A DNA stretch of 64,000 nucleotides. It comes from an uncultured delta proteobacterium (GTDB taxonomy: Bacteria > Desulfobacterota > Desulfobaccia > Desulfobaccales > 0-14-0-80-60-11). Made by a program: the position numbers and the translations under genes. The stretch is taken from assembly GCA_963812015.1 (NCBI GenBank), contig CAWETI010000003.1, positions 128,001 to 192,000 of the forward strand, written 5' to 3'. Positions 44,502-55,344 of this stretch are shown here, in pieces (the stretch's first letter is position 1; every line of letters starts with the position of its first letter). The notes beneath the pieces are model-generated. The model was not told the origin of the DNA. It made no database searches and saw only the letters and a list, made by a program, of their open reading frames with translations.

Positions 44502-45197
44502 ATGAAAAAAATGCTGATCATCATCGCCACGGTTTGGTTGGTGCTGGGTCTTAATTACGGGGCGTCGGCCTGGATCTATATGCCCAATTACGGCGATACC
44601 GGCTGGCAGACCTATACCTATACCGCCGGCCCCGCGGGGTTCACCGGCACGGTGGGGTTTGTGGCGAGTAATGTCATTGATACTTCTGCCTACCCCGAAT
44701 TGCTCCTGGATAACCTGAAGGGGGGCGGGGGAACCAACCTGGGATTCGAGAACGGCCTTACGGGATACACTCTGGTGGGCGGGAGCTCCGCCAACGTCAC
44801 TGGCTCGGTGACCGCATACAGTTACACCAGGTATACGCCCACCGAGGGTATTGCCTTTGCCGATCTCCAGGGTCTCTATAACGGAGTTGCCACCTCCCAG
44901 TTTTCTAATGCCTCCGGGCAGGCCGGCACCGTCGGCTCGATTCTGGAAAGGGTGATAACCCTGAACTCCGGAGCAACATTTTCCTTTGACTGGGCTTTCC
45001 TGGCGGGTGATATGAGTCCCTGGAATGATTTTGCCCTGTTTTACCTGAAAGACCAAAACGGCATCGTGTTTTCCATGGGGTTGGCCCAGATAGGTTCCGC
45101 CCCGGCGGTCCCCATCCCGGCTTCTTTCCTGCTGCTGGGCAGTGGCCTCCTCGGTCTGCTGGGTTTAGCCTGGAAGGGTAAAAAGCAGGCTGGCTAG
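44502..45197 (+). CDS. PEP-CTERM/VPLPA-CTERM sorting domain protein
   Basis: Signal peptide; C-terminal VPIPASFLLLGSGLLGLLGLAWKGKK. Confidence 0.85.
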   Translation: MKKMLIIIATVWLVLGLNYGASAWIYMPNYGDTGWQTYTYTAGPAGFTGTVGFVASNVIDTSAYPELLLDNLKGGGGTNLGFENGLTGYTLVGGSSANVTGSVTAYSYTRYTPTEGIAFADLQGLYNGVATSQFSNASGQAGTVGSILERVITLNSGATFSFDWAFLAGDMSPWNDFALFYLKDQNGIVFSMGLAQIGSAPAVPIPASFLLLGSGLLGLLGLAWKGKKQAG

Positions 45198-45337
45198 CTT
45201 GATCTGACCTGAGTCGAGCCAGGGGGGATCATTTAAATCACCTGTGGGCTGATCTAATCCGGAGGTATTGACCCGGATCCTGTCGATTAGTGGAAAGGCG
45301 AGAGGACTGATTCCCAGTGACCGCCGGGAAGGCATGG

Positions 45338-45685
45338 TTATAGGTCCGTCTCCCCGGTGGCGTCACCCCCCTGGCTGTCCATGGCTTCTTCCACCATTTC
45401 ATCCACCTCTCCCGGGAAGTCCTCACCCATCTCCTGACCCATCTTCTTGAGCACTTTGGCAACGCTCTTGGGATCGTTCTCATCCATCCCGCCCCAGGCC
45501 GAGGGGTCGGCCAGGCGTTCCAGACGGGTTTCTTCAGAGAGCCGCACATGCACCCGGGAGAGAACCCGTTCCAAAGAGTGGCTGCCGCACTGCCTGCACA
45601 CCGGCACAAAGGGGTGGCTCAAATTTAAAATCAAGAAACTGGAGATACGGCGACAGTCCTGGCAGCGGTATTCATAGATCGGCAT
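45338..45685 (-). CDS. FmdB family zinc-ribbon protein
   Basis: MPIYEYRCQDC...CRQCGS. Confidence 0.85.
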   Translation of the reverse strand: MPIYEYRCQDCRRISSFLILNLSHPFVPVCRQCGSHSLERVLSRVHVRLSEETRLERLADPSAWGGMDENDPKSVAKVLKKMGQEMGEDFPGEVDEMVEEAMDSQGGDATGETDL

Positions 45686-45750
45686 GGTGTTTCTCCTGAT
45701 GCAGGGTGCAGCCGCCAGCAGACCTTTTTGCCATCCCACTGCGGCGAGGT

Positions 45751-47178
45751 CTAATTGCGTACCTTGATTTTCATTTTTCCCAGGCGGGTCAGTTCGTCTT
45801 GCACCTCGGTATAATGGGGATCGTTGGGGGACAAGTTCTTTAAGGCCTTTTGGAAATGAAACATGGCGGTGGGCAGGGCTTTCACCTTAAGGCTATGAAA
45901 GCCCAAATAATAATGGGCCAGACCCATTTGCCCCTTCTCGCCGTAAAGAGTCCCCAAGTCGTAGTAGACTTCGCTAAAGGTGGGATTGAGCTTGTGAACC
46001 TTTTCAAACAGGGGTAAGGCCAGATCGCCCTTTTTGCTCTCTTGATAAATCCGCCCCAGATAATAAAGGGCCACGTCGTCCTGGGGATAACGCTGGGAAA
46101 GCTCACTAAATTTTTCTAACGCCGCGGGATACTGATTGTGGTCAAAATAAAAAATGGCCAGATCCCGGTTGATCAGCCGGTTATCCGGGGCCAGCCGCAA
46201 GGCTTGCTGATACGCAGCCAGGGCTTCAACATGCTGCTCTAATTTGGCCAGGGCCAGGGCTCGACCATACTGGAAGGCGGGATTATTCGGCTCCCGCAAA
46301 GCCTCCTGGGTCATCCGCCGCAAGAGTTGATTCGGATTGCCGGAGAGGGACGCCAATTTGATGGTGAAATATTGAAAATCAGGATTGTCTTTCTCCGGCG
46401 GGAGCTCTTTCTGATGGATGGCCAGTTGGTGGGAGAGTTCCACGATCCGGTTATCTGTATCCGGGTGAGTGGCGAGATAGACGGGAACCTTACCTCCTTC
46501 GTACCACCGCATTTTGTTCATCTTGCTAAATATGCTAATCATATCCCGAGGGTTATACCCGGCCTTGATCATCCACTTGAACCCCGTTGAGTCAGCCTGA
46601 GCTTCAAAGTCCCGGCTGTATTTTAGCATGGCGCTTTCCCCTGCGGCCATGGACCCTATCAACAGGGGCGCCGCCATGGCCCCGCCCAGGAAAATTGACG
46701 CCAACATGCCGACTAACCCGGCGGCTGTGGCAACCCGGGCTTTTTCCATCATCTTTGACATGTGCCGCCAATAGATATGGGAAATTTCGTGGGCCATAAC
46801 CCCCGCCAGTTCCCCTTCCCGGTCGGCCATGCGAATCATACCGGTATGAATAAAGACGTAACCGCCCGGCACCGCAAAGGCATTCATCGAGGGGTCATCT
46901 ATAATAAAAAACTTGTACTGAAAAGGCTGGGGACCCATTTGGGCGACCAGTTTTTGCCCCAGGTTATTTATGTAGGATGTCAGGAATGGATCTTGGATCA
47001 GAGGGACTTCTTGCTGAATTTCCAAAAGGAATTGTTCGCCGATCTGCTTCTCTTTTTCAATGCTCAGGCCGCCGGCCAACGCATCGAGAAAAGCCCAACT
47101 GGACCGGACGGGCCCAAGGAGCAGGCTGGTGGCCAACATGATTATGGCTGCCAGCCTCCAGGGGAAAAATTTCTTCAT
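45751..47178 (-). CDS. M48 metalloprotease with TPR repeats (BepA/YfgC-like)
   Basis: NAFAVPGG, HEISH, YSRDFEAQAD, THP, C-terminal TPRs. Confidence 0.88.
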   Translation of the reverse strand: MKKFFPWRLAAIIMLATSLLLGPVRSSWAFLDALAGGLSIEKEKQIGEQFLLEIQQEVPLIQDPFLTSYINNLGQKLVAQMGPQPFQYKFFIIDDPSMNAFAVPGGYVFIHTGMIRMADREGELAGVMAHEISHIYWRHMSKMMEKARVATAAGLVGMLASIFLGGAMAAPLLIGSMAAGESAMLKYSRDFEAQADSTGFKWMIKAGYNPRDMISIFSKMNKMRWYEGGKVPVYLATHPDTDNRIVELSHQLAIHQKELPPEKDNPDFQYFTIKLASLSGNPNQLLRRMTQEALREPNNPAFQYGRALALAKLEQHVEALAAYQQALRLAPDNRLINRDLAIFYFDHNQYPAALEKFSELSQRYPQDDVALYYLGRIYQESKKGDLALPLFEKVHKLNPTFSEVYYDLGTLYGEKGQMGLAHYYLGFHSLKVKALPTAMFHFQKALKNLSPNDPHYTEVQDELTRLGKMKIKVRN

Positions 47179-47573
47179 TGGCTCGACTCGGGGTCCGTAT
47201 CGGCGTCGGAAAGGGGCTCCTGGGAAGAGGTGGAGGCGTTTGGGACGTTGACGTCGGTGTCTATTGGGGTTTTGGGGGCTTCAGACCAAAGATCTTCTAA
47301 ATTATAGAACTCGCGTAGCGGCTGGAGAAAGATATGGATCACCATGGTATTGTAATCCAATAACACCCACTGCCCTTCCTCCAGACCTTCAACCCCTAAA
47401 GGCTTAACTCCGGCCTGGGCTAAGACTTCCTCCACATGTTGGGCCAGGGCCAGGACGTGACGGTGGGAACCGCCGGAGCAGATAATGAAGTAATCTGCAA
47501 ACGAACACAACTTGGTCACCTCCAGCAGCACCGGCTCTATACCCTGATAGGCGACGATGGTCCTGGTGGCCAA
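47175..47573 (-). CDS. rsfS: Ribosome silencing factor (start uncertain)
   Basis: ADYFIICSG, WVLLDY, REFYNLEDLW; follows nadD. Confidence 0.9.
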   Translation of the reverse strand: MATRTIVAYQGIEPVLLEVTKLCSFADYFIICSGGSHRHVLALAQHVEEVLAQAGVKPLGVEGLEEGQWVLLDYNTMVIHIFLQPLREFYNLEDLWSEAPKTPIDTDVNVPNASTSSQEPLSDADTDPESSQ

Positions 47574-47628
47574 TGCTGCCAGTGCTGCCGCGCTGGGAGG
47601 GGCTGAAGTTGCCGCTGGGCGTTCCTCC

Positions 47629-48306
47629 TTAAAGATAAAGTTTATGAGTAATTATATATCCTCGCACTGCCTCCGGCAAGAGATAGCGAAGTGAGCGTCC
47701 CTGGCGCATCATATTCCTGATGCCGGTGCCTGAGATATCCATCAAAGTGGTTTCCTGGAAAACCACTTTGTGGCCGGATGGATGCTGAAAGCCTGGCTCT
47801 GCCTTGAGGGGCCGGAATAGGGGATGGACTTCCCCCATGAGCACCTCTCCCAGTCGCTGGCGGTCATACCCGGGGCGATCCAACACCACAAAGTGGCTGA
47901 GGGTGAAAAGGTCTTGATAATCCTTCCAGGTAGCAATTTCCAGAATGGCATCCAAACCCAGGATAAAATAAAGTTCCCAGGCAGGGCCCATTTCCTGGCG
48001 AATCTGACGCAGAGTTTCGATGGAGTACGATCTTCCCGCACGCCGTCCTTCCAGATCGGATACCGACATCACCGGGTGATCTCCCACCGCCAACCGGGTC
48101 ATCTCCAGGCGTACTTCGAAGGGGGTGATGTCCTGGGTGGTCTTGTGGGGCGGATGGCCGGCCGGAATAAACCAGAGGCGGGTCAAGGCCAGGGCTTCGC
48201 ACACCTCTTCCGCCGACCGCAGGTGGCCGTAGTGCACCGGATTGAATGTGCCGCCGAAAAGCCCCAGGCGCAGGGGAGCTTCAGGTTCTGATTTGCCCAT
48301 CGCCAT
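47629..48306 (-). CDS. nadD: Nicotinate-nucleotide adenylyltransferase
   Basis: [22 protein letters not shown]. Confidence 0.95.
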   Translation of the reverse strand: MAMGKSEPEAPLRLGLFGGTFNPVHYGHLRSAEEVCEALALTRLWFIPAGHPPHKTTQDITPFEVRLEMTRLAVGDHPVMSVSDLEGRRAGRSYSIETLRQIRQEMGPAWELYFILGLDAILEIATWKDYQDLFTLSHFVVLDRPGYDRQRLGEVLMGEVHPLFRPLKAEPGFQHPSGHKVVFQETTLMDISGTGIRNMMRQGRSLRYLLPEAVRGYIITHKLYL

Positions 48307-49546
48307 AGACGATAAACTTGGTTGTGGTCAGCTCTTCCAGGCCCATGGGCCCGAAGGCGTGCAGTTTGGAAGTGTTGATGCCGATTTCCGCCCCCAATCC
48401 GAGTTCGCCCCCGTCATTGAAGCGGGTGGAGGCATTGACCAAGACTACGGATGAGTCCACCTCCTGCAAAAATCGCTGGGCCCGGGCATAGTCCCGGGTA
48501 ATGATGGCTTCGGTGTGGTTGGAACTGTACCGGGCGATATGTTCCAGGGCCGCGTCCAGGGTTGGCACCACCTGCACCGCCAAAATCAGGTCCAGAAATT
48601 CCGTACCCCAATCATCCCCATGGGCCGGGACCACCTGGGGGGCAATTTCCCGGGTGCGGGGGCAACCCCGCAATTCCACCTGAGCCTGGCGGAAGCGAGC
48701 GAACATCCGGGGTAAAAACGCCGGGGCCGCGGCTTCATGGACCAGCAGGGTCTCCATGGCGTTGCATACCCCGGGACGCTGGACCTTGGCGTTGAAGCAG
48801 ACCTCTTCGGCCATGTTCAGGTCGGCGGACTCGTCCACGAAGATGTGGCATACTCCTTTGTAATGCTTCAGCACCGGGATACGGGAGTGTTCCGCCACAA
48901 AACGGATCAGCCCTTCCCCGCCCCGGGGGATGATCAGGTCCACCAACTCGTCCTGTTTTAGCAGTTCCAGGGTGGCTTCCCGGGCCACGCTGGGGATGAC
49001 TTGCACCGCCGCCTGGGGGGCACCCGCCTCGGACAGGGCGTCTTGCATTGCCTGGGCCAGGGCCAGGTTAGAGTGAAGGGCCTCCTTACCTCCCTTGAGA
49101 ATGACCGCGTTCCCACTTTTCAGACATAAGGCGGCGGCATCCACCGTGACATTGGGACGAGATTCATAAATAAAGCCGATAACTCCCAAAGGGATGCGCT
49201 GCCTCCCCACCTTAAGGCCATTAGGCCGCACCCACATACCCGTGACCGCTCCCACCGGGTCAGGCAGGGCCGCAACTTCCTGGAGGCCCTTGATCATGGA
49301 AGCGCATACCTTATCGGAAAGCGTGAGCCGGTCAACCAAGGCCGCGGGATAACCCTGGGCCCGGGCCGCCTCGACATCTTGCTGATTGGCGGTCTGGATC
49401 TGGGCCCGGCGCTCCTCGATAAGCTCCGCTACCCGCAGGATGACCCGGTCTTTGACTCCCCGGGACAGCGTGCCCAGGCGCCGGGCCGCGTCCCTGGCTT
49501 CTTGGGCCATATAATGAACCATTTCCGGAATATTCATTCTTTCCAC
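48281..49546 (-). CDS. proA: Gamma-glutamyl phosphate reductase
   Basis: [33 protein letters not shown]. Confidence 0.97.
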   Translation of the reverse strand: MERMNIPEMVHYMAQEARDAARRLGTLSRGVKDRVILRVAELIEERRAQIQTANQQDVEAARAQGYPAALVDRLTLSDKVCASMIKGLQEVAALPDPVGAVTGMWVRPNGLKVGRQRIPLGVIGFIYESRPNVTVDAAALCLKSGNAVILKGGKEALHSNLALAQAMQDALSEAGAPQAAVQVIPSVAREATLELLKQDELVDLIIPRGGEGLIRFVAEHSRIPVLKHYKGVCHIFVDESADLNMAEEVCFNAKVQRPGVCNAMETLLVHEAAAPAFLPRMFARFRQAQVELRGCPRTREIAPQVVPAHGDDWGTEFLDLILAVQVVPTLDAALEHIARYSSNHTEAIITRDYARAQRFLQEVDSSVVLVNASTRFNDGGELGLGAEIGINTSKLHAFGPMGLEELTTTKFIVYGDGQIRT

Positions 49547-49695
49547 TCCGTCGATCCCCTTAGCCTAACGATAAAATATCATACTCAGGCTGGATTAAAT
49601 ATCCATCAAATTTGGTGGGCGCAGGCAAATTCTTCGCTCCCCTGCCTCGAAGCGGCGAGGTGCTTTGCCAGGCACTCGGGAGCTTGCAGGCCTTA

Positions 49696-50445
49696 TCAGT
49701 CTTTGGCTTCCTTGGGGCGACAGCGAGACCCGGGGCGCTGGAGAAGCTCTGAAATCGTGACCATCCGGTAGCCTGCGGCTTGCAAGGCCGGGAGAATAAT
49801 TTTCAGGGCCTCCACAGTGGGATGGCGGTCCACCTGGGCCTCTTGGCCGCTGTCATGAAAAATGATGATGGAGCCGTTCCGTACCCGGCTCAACACATTG
49901 TGGACAATGGCCGGGGCCGTCAGCCCCTTCCAATCGCCGGAATCGAGGCTCCACAATACCAGGCAGCGATGGGTGTGGGCCAGGTAGGCCTTCAGCCGGT
50001 CGTCATAGGCGCTGAAAGGCGGGCGAAACAATCTGGGCGACTTAGGACAGCCCAGAAGGTCCAAGTCCAGTGAGGTACGCTCCAATTGGCGTTCCCGGGA
50101 AAGTTGGTCCTCCTTAATCATCCGGGGATGGCTGAAGCTGTGGTTCCCCACTTCGTTACCGTTTTTGAGCAGGGCCTGGACCAACCAAGGGTATTCTTCC
50201 ACCTTGTGGCCCATGACAAAAAAGGTGCCGTGGGCCTGGTACTGCTTGAGCAAGGCCATGATTTGGGGGGTGTAGATGGGGGAGGGGCCGTCGTCAAAGG
50301 TCAGGGCCACGGCCCTCTCGGTGGGGGCCCCGGCCCACACGGTTACGGGTTCGGCCCCCCAGGCCGACCCGGACGGACCGCCACCGAGGACAACCCCCAG
50401 CAGCGCCAGCATCACCCAAGAATAAGGGGCAAAAGATCGCTTCAT
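49696..50445 (-). CDS. Polysaccharide deacetylase (NodB domain)
   Basis: LTFDDGP, NHSFSH, FRPPF, IIIFHD. Confidence 0.92.
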   Translation of the reverse strand: MKRSFAPYSWVMLALLGVVLGGGPSGSAWGAEPVTVWAGAPTERAVALTFDDGPSPIYTPQIMALLKQYQAHGTFFVMGHKVEEYPWLVQALLKNGNEVGNHSFSHPRMIKEDQLSRERQLERTSLDLDLLGCPKSPRLFRPPFSAYDDRLKAYLAHTHRCLVLWSLDSGDWKGLTAPAIVHNVLSRVRNGSIIIFHDSGQEAQVDRHPTVEALKIILPALQAAGYRMVTISELLQRPGSRCRPKEAKD

Positions 50446-50580
50446 AGCGTTTGGACTCGCACAGTTGAAAATTTCCCCGGCTTAAATCCAGGGAGCATCG
50501 GCATATCGCGCCATGCCACCGGTAAATCTGACGCTCTCCCGGGGGTGCGACCAGAGAGGAGCGTCTCACGGCGATGCTGG

Positions 50581-51774
50581 TTAGACGAGAGTAATCCCCC
50601 GGGGGCTGTGGGTCAGCCATTCCACCCCTTCGGGGGTGATGCGGCCGGTATCCTCCTGGCCGATCATGCCGATCTCCGGGAGGAAGAACTTGGGTTCAAA
50701 GGCCAGGACCATGTCGGCCTCCAGGGGCAAGGGAAACCGGGCGGTGATGAAGGGATATTCATCCAGTTCCAGCCCCACCCCGTGAGCCAGGAAGCTGACC
50801 CGGTCCGGTTCCAGTCCCATGAAGCAGTCCCCCAAGCCCCGGGCCCGGGCGGCCTCCCAAAGCAGGCGGAAGATTTCCCCGGGATTGGCTCCGGGCCTGG
50901 CTGCCGCAGTAAAGAGCCGGTAGAGTTCCTCCACCGCCTCCCAGGCTTCCCAGGCCTGAGAGGGCAGGGACCCCAGGGCGTACATCCGGGTCATGTCCAC
51001 CACGTAGCCGTTGATGCAGGCGGCCAGATCAATACTGATGGGCTCGCCGGGAACCAGTTTTTTCAGCGACGGTCCCTGGGGGAAAGCGGAGCTGAACCCG
51101 TGGCCGCCGCTCGGGGTGTCGGTATAGGCCGCCAGCAACCCCGAAACGCCGGAGAGGACGTGGCCGTAAAAGACCTCCAGATCCCAGTTGCGCACCCGCA
51201 CCAACCCTTGGTGCCCCAGGAGACGCAGGCGGTATTCCAGGGCCGCCGACACCTCCAGCTCGGACATGCCCGGGGCCAGCAGTCCCGGCACGTCCTCATG
51301 GGCCTGGTCCAGAATGGCCGCCGCCCGGCGCAATTGGTCCAACTCATAGGCGCTTTTGACCATGCGCTGCTGGCGGACGAGCGGTGAGAGGTCGGCGATG
51401 GCATGGCCGGGGAAGATCTGGTCCTGGATGCGCCTGAACAACGCCGCGGGCAGGACATCCAGCTCCAGGCCCACTACGCCCTGGGGTTTAAGTCCCCCTC
51501 GAGCCAAAATCCAGGGGAGGTCTTTCAAATCCCGGTATAGAGTCCGGGCCCAGGGGCCCGGGGCCGGCTGGTCCTGGTGGTGGGGGCGGCGCACCATCAA
51601 CAACGGCTGACCTGAAGGCGCCACCGCCAGGAACCCGTCCACTATGGTCCCGGCATAATAAAACAGGTCGGCCGGTTGGCGAATCAGGGCCAGGCCGATG
51701 CCGGCTGGAGGCAAGACTTTTTGTAAATGACCAACCCTCGCAGACAGTTCCGAGACCGGCACCGTATCCATCAT
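50581..51774 (-). CDS. M24 family Xaa-Pro peptidase-like protein
   Basis: VKSAYE, DMTR, HGVGLELDEYP, FEPK, GQEDT. Confidence 0.85.
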   Translation of the reverse strand: MMDTVPVSELSARVGHLQKVLPPAGIGLALIRQPADLFYYAGTIVDGFLAVAPSGQPLLMVRRPHHQDQPAPGPWARTLYRDLKDLPWILARGGLKPQGVVGLELDVLPAALFRRIQDQIFPGHAIADLSPLVRQQRMVKSAYELDQLRRAAAILDQAHEDVPGLLAPGMSELEVSAALEYRLRLLGHQGLVRVRNWDLEVFYGHVLSGVSGLLAAYTDTPSGGHGFSSAFPQGPSLKKLVPGEPISIDLAACINGYVVDMTRMYALGSLPSQAWEAWEAVEELYRLFTAAARPGANPGEIFRLLWEAARARGLGDCFMGLEPDRVSFLAHGVGLELDEYPFITARFPLPLEADMVLAFEPKFFLPEIGMIGQEDTGRITPEGVEWLTHSPRGITLV

Positions 51775-51797
51775 TTCTCCAGGACCAGGTTGATTAT

Positions 51798-52589
51798 TCA
51801 GCAGGTTGGATTTCCCTCAGATTTGCGGAGTATTGCCCCGGACCAGCCAGGCTCGGAAATATTCAGGGATACTACTTCAAATCCTGCTTCGATAAATTCG
51901 TCCCTCAGATCATCCGTGGACTGAAAAATATGTGAGAACTCCGAGCCCCAAATCACATCGCCGACTTCATAATCCCGGTTTCCCCCGGTTAGCCGGGCGA
52001 AAATCTTCCTGGCACTTATCGCCCTGTAATTAATGTGGGGTTTAGGGTCAAACTGAAACTGGCATAAAAAATAGCCCCCGGGCTTGAGCCCGCGGTTGAT
52101 TTTGGTCAGCATCTGGATTCTTTTCCGGCGGGTTGGGATCGAGGAATACATGGCGGCAAACAAGACCATGAGGTCAAAAGAGCCGGCCGGAACTTCCAAA
52201 CTAGAAAATTCCTGGACCATTCCCTTAAGGTTTATGCTGTGTCTGGCTGCATTTTTTTGGGCCTGGGCCACCATTTCGGGACTGAAGTCCAAACCCACCA
52301 CCTCAAAACCCATGCGCGCCAGGGCAATGGCCTCACGACCTCCTCCTACTCCTAAAATCAATACTCGGCCTGATTTCAGAGGGATGCCCTCCAACATCTC
52401 TTGTTCGACGGGATGTAATCCATCGGCTACCAATTCTTCTTTTCCCCATTCATCAATAGCTCCCGGCCTGAAATACCTCTGACGATTCAGCTCTACCAGG
52501 TCCTTGGGCCGCATGAGCACAACGGCCAGGTATGGGAGTAATCTACCTAACCGAATCAAAGCACATCCCAACCTCAGCCTGAGATTCAT
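51798..52589 (-). CDS. Class I SAM-dependent methyltransferase
   Basis: VLILGVGGGRE, VGLDFS, LKPGG. Confidence 0.8.
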   Translation of the reverse strand: MNLRLRLGCALIRLGRLLPYLAVVLMRPKDLVELNRQRYFRPGAIDEWGKEELVADGLHPVEQEMLEGIPLKSGRVLILGVGGGREAIALARMGFEVVGLDFSPEMVAQAQKNAARHSINLKGMVQEFSSLEVPAGSFDLMVLFAAMYSSIPTRRKRIQMLTKINRGLKPGGYFLCQFQFDPKPHINYRAISARKIFARLTGGNRDYEVGDVIWGSEFSHIFQSTDDLRDEFIEAGFEVVSLNISEPGWSGAILRKSEGNPTC

Positions 52590-54589
52590 GTTATTATGCC
52601 TGCCGAGACTGTGCTTTCAGATGGGTTAGCTTGGTCGTCATAGAGCACTATGGCGATCTCCCCGGGCCCCTGGGCTCCCAGGACCAGCACTTTTTCGATG
52701 TCCGCGGTGCGGCTGGGGCCGGTGAGCCAGCTCACCAGACCAGGTCCCCGGCGCCGGACATATTCCAGGGCCTGGGCCAGACCCAGGCAAGAACTATTCC
52801 GAGTGACCAGGACGATCTGCTTTTTGGCCCGAAAGGCGAGGAAAGCGGCAGGCCCCCCGCCGGAATCCACCAAGATGCTCCCCATCTCCGGTATGGCCCC
52901 CAGGGCCACGGTGACCGCGGTGCCGGCCTCAGGGGCCCAGTCGGCTTTAGCCATATGGTGCCGTACTCCCAACTTTTCGAGCTCCCCGGCCACCTGTCGC
53001 AGCCAGGGATGGTCCTCCAGCCACAGGGGTTCCTCCTCGCCGGCCAACCGCCGGGCCAGGTCAGCCGGACCCTTAACCTCTGAAAGCGAACTGCCGGCTT
53101 CTTGAAGCCGTTTCGCCAGGAGCGAGGAGGGAAACTCCTGGCCCAGGTTTGCTTCCTCGCCGCCACTTCCGGCTGCCCCACCATCAAGCGCGGGGTGCCG
53201 GGGGGGCTGGAAAGGTGGCAGAGGGGGCCTCCCCCGGTCCCCTTCACCCAATAAGGTCCCACGCCGGCGGCCCCGTTGTCGCCGATGGAAGCTCTCCGGG
53301 GCTAAGGCCGGGATCCCGGGGAGGCCCCACCCAGAGTGGGCCATAAGACAGGCCAGCCCCCGCCAGGCCAGCTCCAGGCCCCGGTACCAGCGAGGGTGGC
53401 TGAGCACTGTCCCGGCGGCTTTGGTCAAGCCCCGGGCCTGCCGAAACCGGGGGCTACGCCGGCGCAGCGCGCGGATGTGATCCGTCAGCCGGATGCCAAC
53501 CGGACAGATCTCCTGGCAGGCCCCGCATTGGGTGCAGAGATCGCAGATATCTCCCACTGGGGCCAGGTAAGGGGCCAGTAGGATGCCGATGGCCCCGGGA
53601 TAGACCCGGCCGTACAGGTGTGCGGCGCCCACCTGAAAAATCGGACAGATATTGAGACAGGCCCCGCAGCGGAGGCAATACAGGGCCTCGGCCAGTTCCG
53701 GGTCCGCGGCCAGGCGGCGCCGGCCATTGTCCAAAATTACCAGGTAAAAAAACTGTTCCCTCCGGGGCTGCGCCTTGAGCCCCTGGATGAAGTGCACCAG
53801 GGCCGTAAGGCGCTGGCCGGTGGCGCTGGCGGGTAATAGCCGCAGCATGACCTCTGCGTCCGCCAGCTTGGGGATGACCTTTTCCAGGCCCATCAAGGCC
53901 AGGTGAACTTTGGGGAGGGTCGCGGTGAAACGCAGGTTGCTTTCATTTTCCAGCAGGACCAGCGTGCCCTCCGGGGTGGCGAAGTTGACCCCGGTGATGC
54001 CCATCTGGGCCTCGAAAAAATGCGGCTTGATATAGGCTGTCGCCTGCCGGGCCAGTGCCTCGGGCTCCGCCGGAGACCGCAGTCCCAGGTGGGCGGCAAA
54101 TATCTCGGCAATCTGGTGGCGATTCAGGTGAAGGGCCGGGGCGGTGAGATGCGCCGGGGGATGGCCGGCCAGTTGGACAATGAACTCTCCCAGGTCCGTC
54201 TCCATGACCTGGAGGCCCGCCGCGGCCAGGGCCGGATTGAGGCCGATTTCCTCGGTGGTCATGGACTTGGCTTTGACCACCGTCTTGACCCCGTGTTCCC
54301 GGGCCACGTCGAGGATAAGCTGGCGGGCCTGGGCGGCGTCCCGGGCCCAAAACACGCGCCCGCCCCAGGCGGTCACGGACCGCTCCAGGTCTTCCAGGAG
54401 TTCATCCAGCCGGCCCACGGCCTCGGTTTTGGCGGCTCGGGCCTGGCGACGCCAGGTTTCCCATAAGGGATAGTCAGCAAGAAGCAGGTCCCGGGTTGCC
54501 AAGGCGCGGTGCGCCGCGCCCCGGACCGCCGGGGACCTCCCTAAAGTGGCGGTGGAGATATGTGGTTCAGGATGAGTCGTGGCTGCCAA
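52586..54589 (-). CDS. Lactate utilization LutB-LutC (LUD domain) fusion with 4Fe-4S motifs
   Basis: KSMTTEEI, ETDLGE, CLRCGACLNICP, CTQCGACQEICP; C-terminal TGPSRTADIEKVLVLGAQGP. Confidence 0.88.
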   Translation of the reverse strand: MAATTHPEPHISTATLGRSPAVRGAAHRALATRDLLLADYPLWETWRRQARAAKTEAVGRLDELLEDLERSVTAWGGRVFWARDAAQARQLILDVAREHGVKTVVKAKSMTTEEIGLNPALAAAGLQVMETDLGEFIVQLAGHPPAHLTAPALHLNRHQIAEIFAAHLGLRSPAEPEALARQATAYIKPHFFEAQMGITGVNFATPEGTLVLLENESNLRFTATLPKVHLALMGLEKVIPKLADAEVMLRLLPASATGQRLTALVHFIQGLKAQPRREQFFYLVILDNGRRRLAADPELAEALYCLRCGACLNICPIFQVGAAHLYGRVYPGAIGILLAPYLAPVGDICDLCTQCGACQEICPVGIRLTDHIRALRRRSPRFRQARGLTKAAGTVLSHPRWYRGLELAWRGLACLMAHSGWGLPGIPALAPESFHRRQRGRRRGTLLGEGDRGRPPLPPFQPPRHPALDGGAAGSGGEEANLGQEFPSSLLAKRLQEAGSSLSEVKGPADLARRLAGEEEPLWLEDHPWLRQVAGELEKLGVRHHMAKADWAPEAGTAVTVALGAIPEMGSILVDSGGGPAAFLAFRAKKQIVLVTRNSSCLGLAQALEYVRRRGPGLVSWLTGPSRTADIEKVLVLGAQGPGEIAIVLYDDQANPSESTVSAGIIT

Positions 54590-54612
54590 TGGCTTAGAAG
54601 GGCAGACCGGGC

Positions 54613-55344
54613 CTATTTATACCCGGTGACGCATTTTTCAAAGGCTGCCATCCATTCCGGAAAATGTAAATCTTCGGGGGTTTCCGTGGCAATGCGGAGG
54701 AATTCGTTGACCTGTTCCTCGATCCAGGGATGTTTGTCTAGATCATCTATGCTTTTTTCCATCACCACTTTAAAATCTGCGGGCAGGTTTCCATCAGCGG
54801 CCAGGCGGCTTTTGATAAAACCCACCATCAATTTCAAGGAAACCAGCCTCTTTTCCACGCCCAGGTGGCGCAATTCATCTTTGATATCCTCCCGCACTCG
54901 CTCGGAGGCAAGGTCACGGAGAAATACAAAGGGGTTAGTGCCGCTGAACAGAGACGACCAGGTATAGCGCATATAATAAAATCTTTTGCCGGTACGCCAT
55001 ACCGTCTGAACCAAATCGTGGTTCTCGGGTTCCCGGGAAATCTGCACTAAGGCGTCGCGATAAGGCCGTTCCAACCTCGCCAGTACCAGGTTATAAAACA
55101 TAAAAAGGTTGACGAGGAGCATGCCGAAGATGCTGATGCTACGCAGCGTCGGCTGCACGGTACTGGCCCAAATAAACATGAAGTAAAAGAATATCAATAC
55201 GACAATAATAGTCCGTACGATCCTGATACCCGAGACAACCAGGCGGGGGTCCTTACGGTGCATAATGAAACCAATAAGTAATAAGATAAGAATTATTATC
55301 TCGACATAGGCGCTGGACAGCAAGTTAACGATGGTTTCAAACAT
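54613..55344 (-). CDS. Hypothetical membrane protein
   Basis: Three N-terminal TM helices; GAGGAG RBS before ATG 55344. Confidence 0.7.
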   Translation of the reverse strand: MFETIVNLLSSAYVEIIILILLLIGFIMHRKDPRLVVSGIRIVRTIIVVLIFFYFMFIWASTVQPTLRSISIFGMLLVNLFMFYNLVLARLERPYRDALVQISREPENHDLVQTVWRTGKRFYYMRYTWSSLFSGTNPFVFLRDLASERVREDIKDELRHLGVEKRLVSLKLMVGFIKSRLAADGNLPADFKVVMEKSIDDLDKHPWIEEQVNEFLRIATETPEDLHFPEWMAAFEKCVTGYK

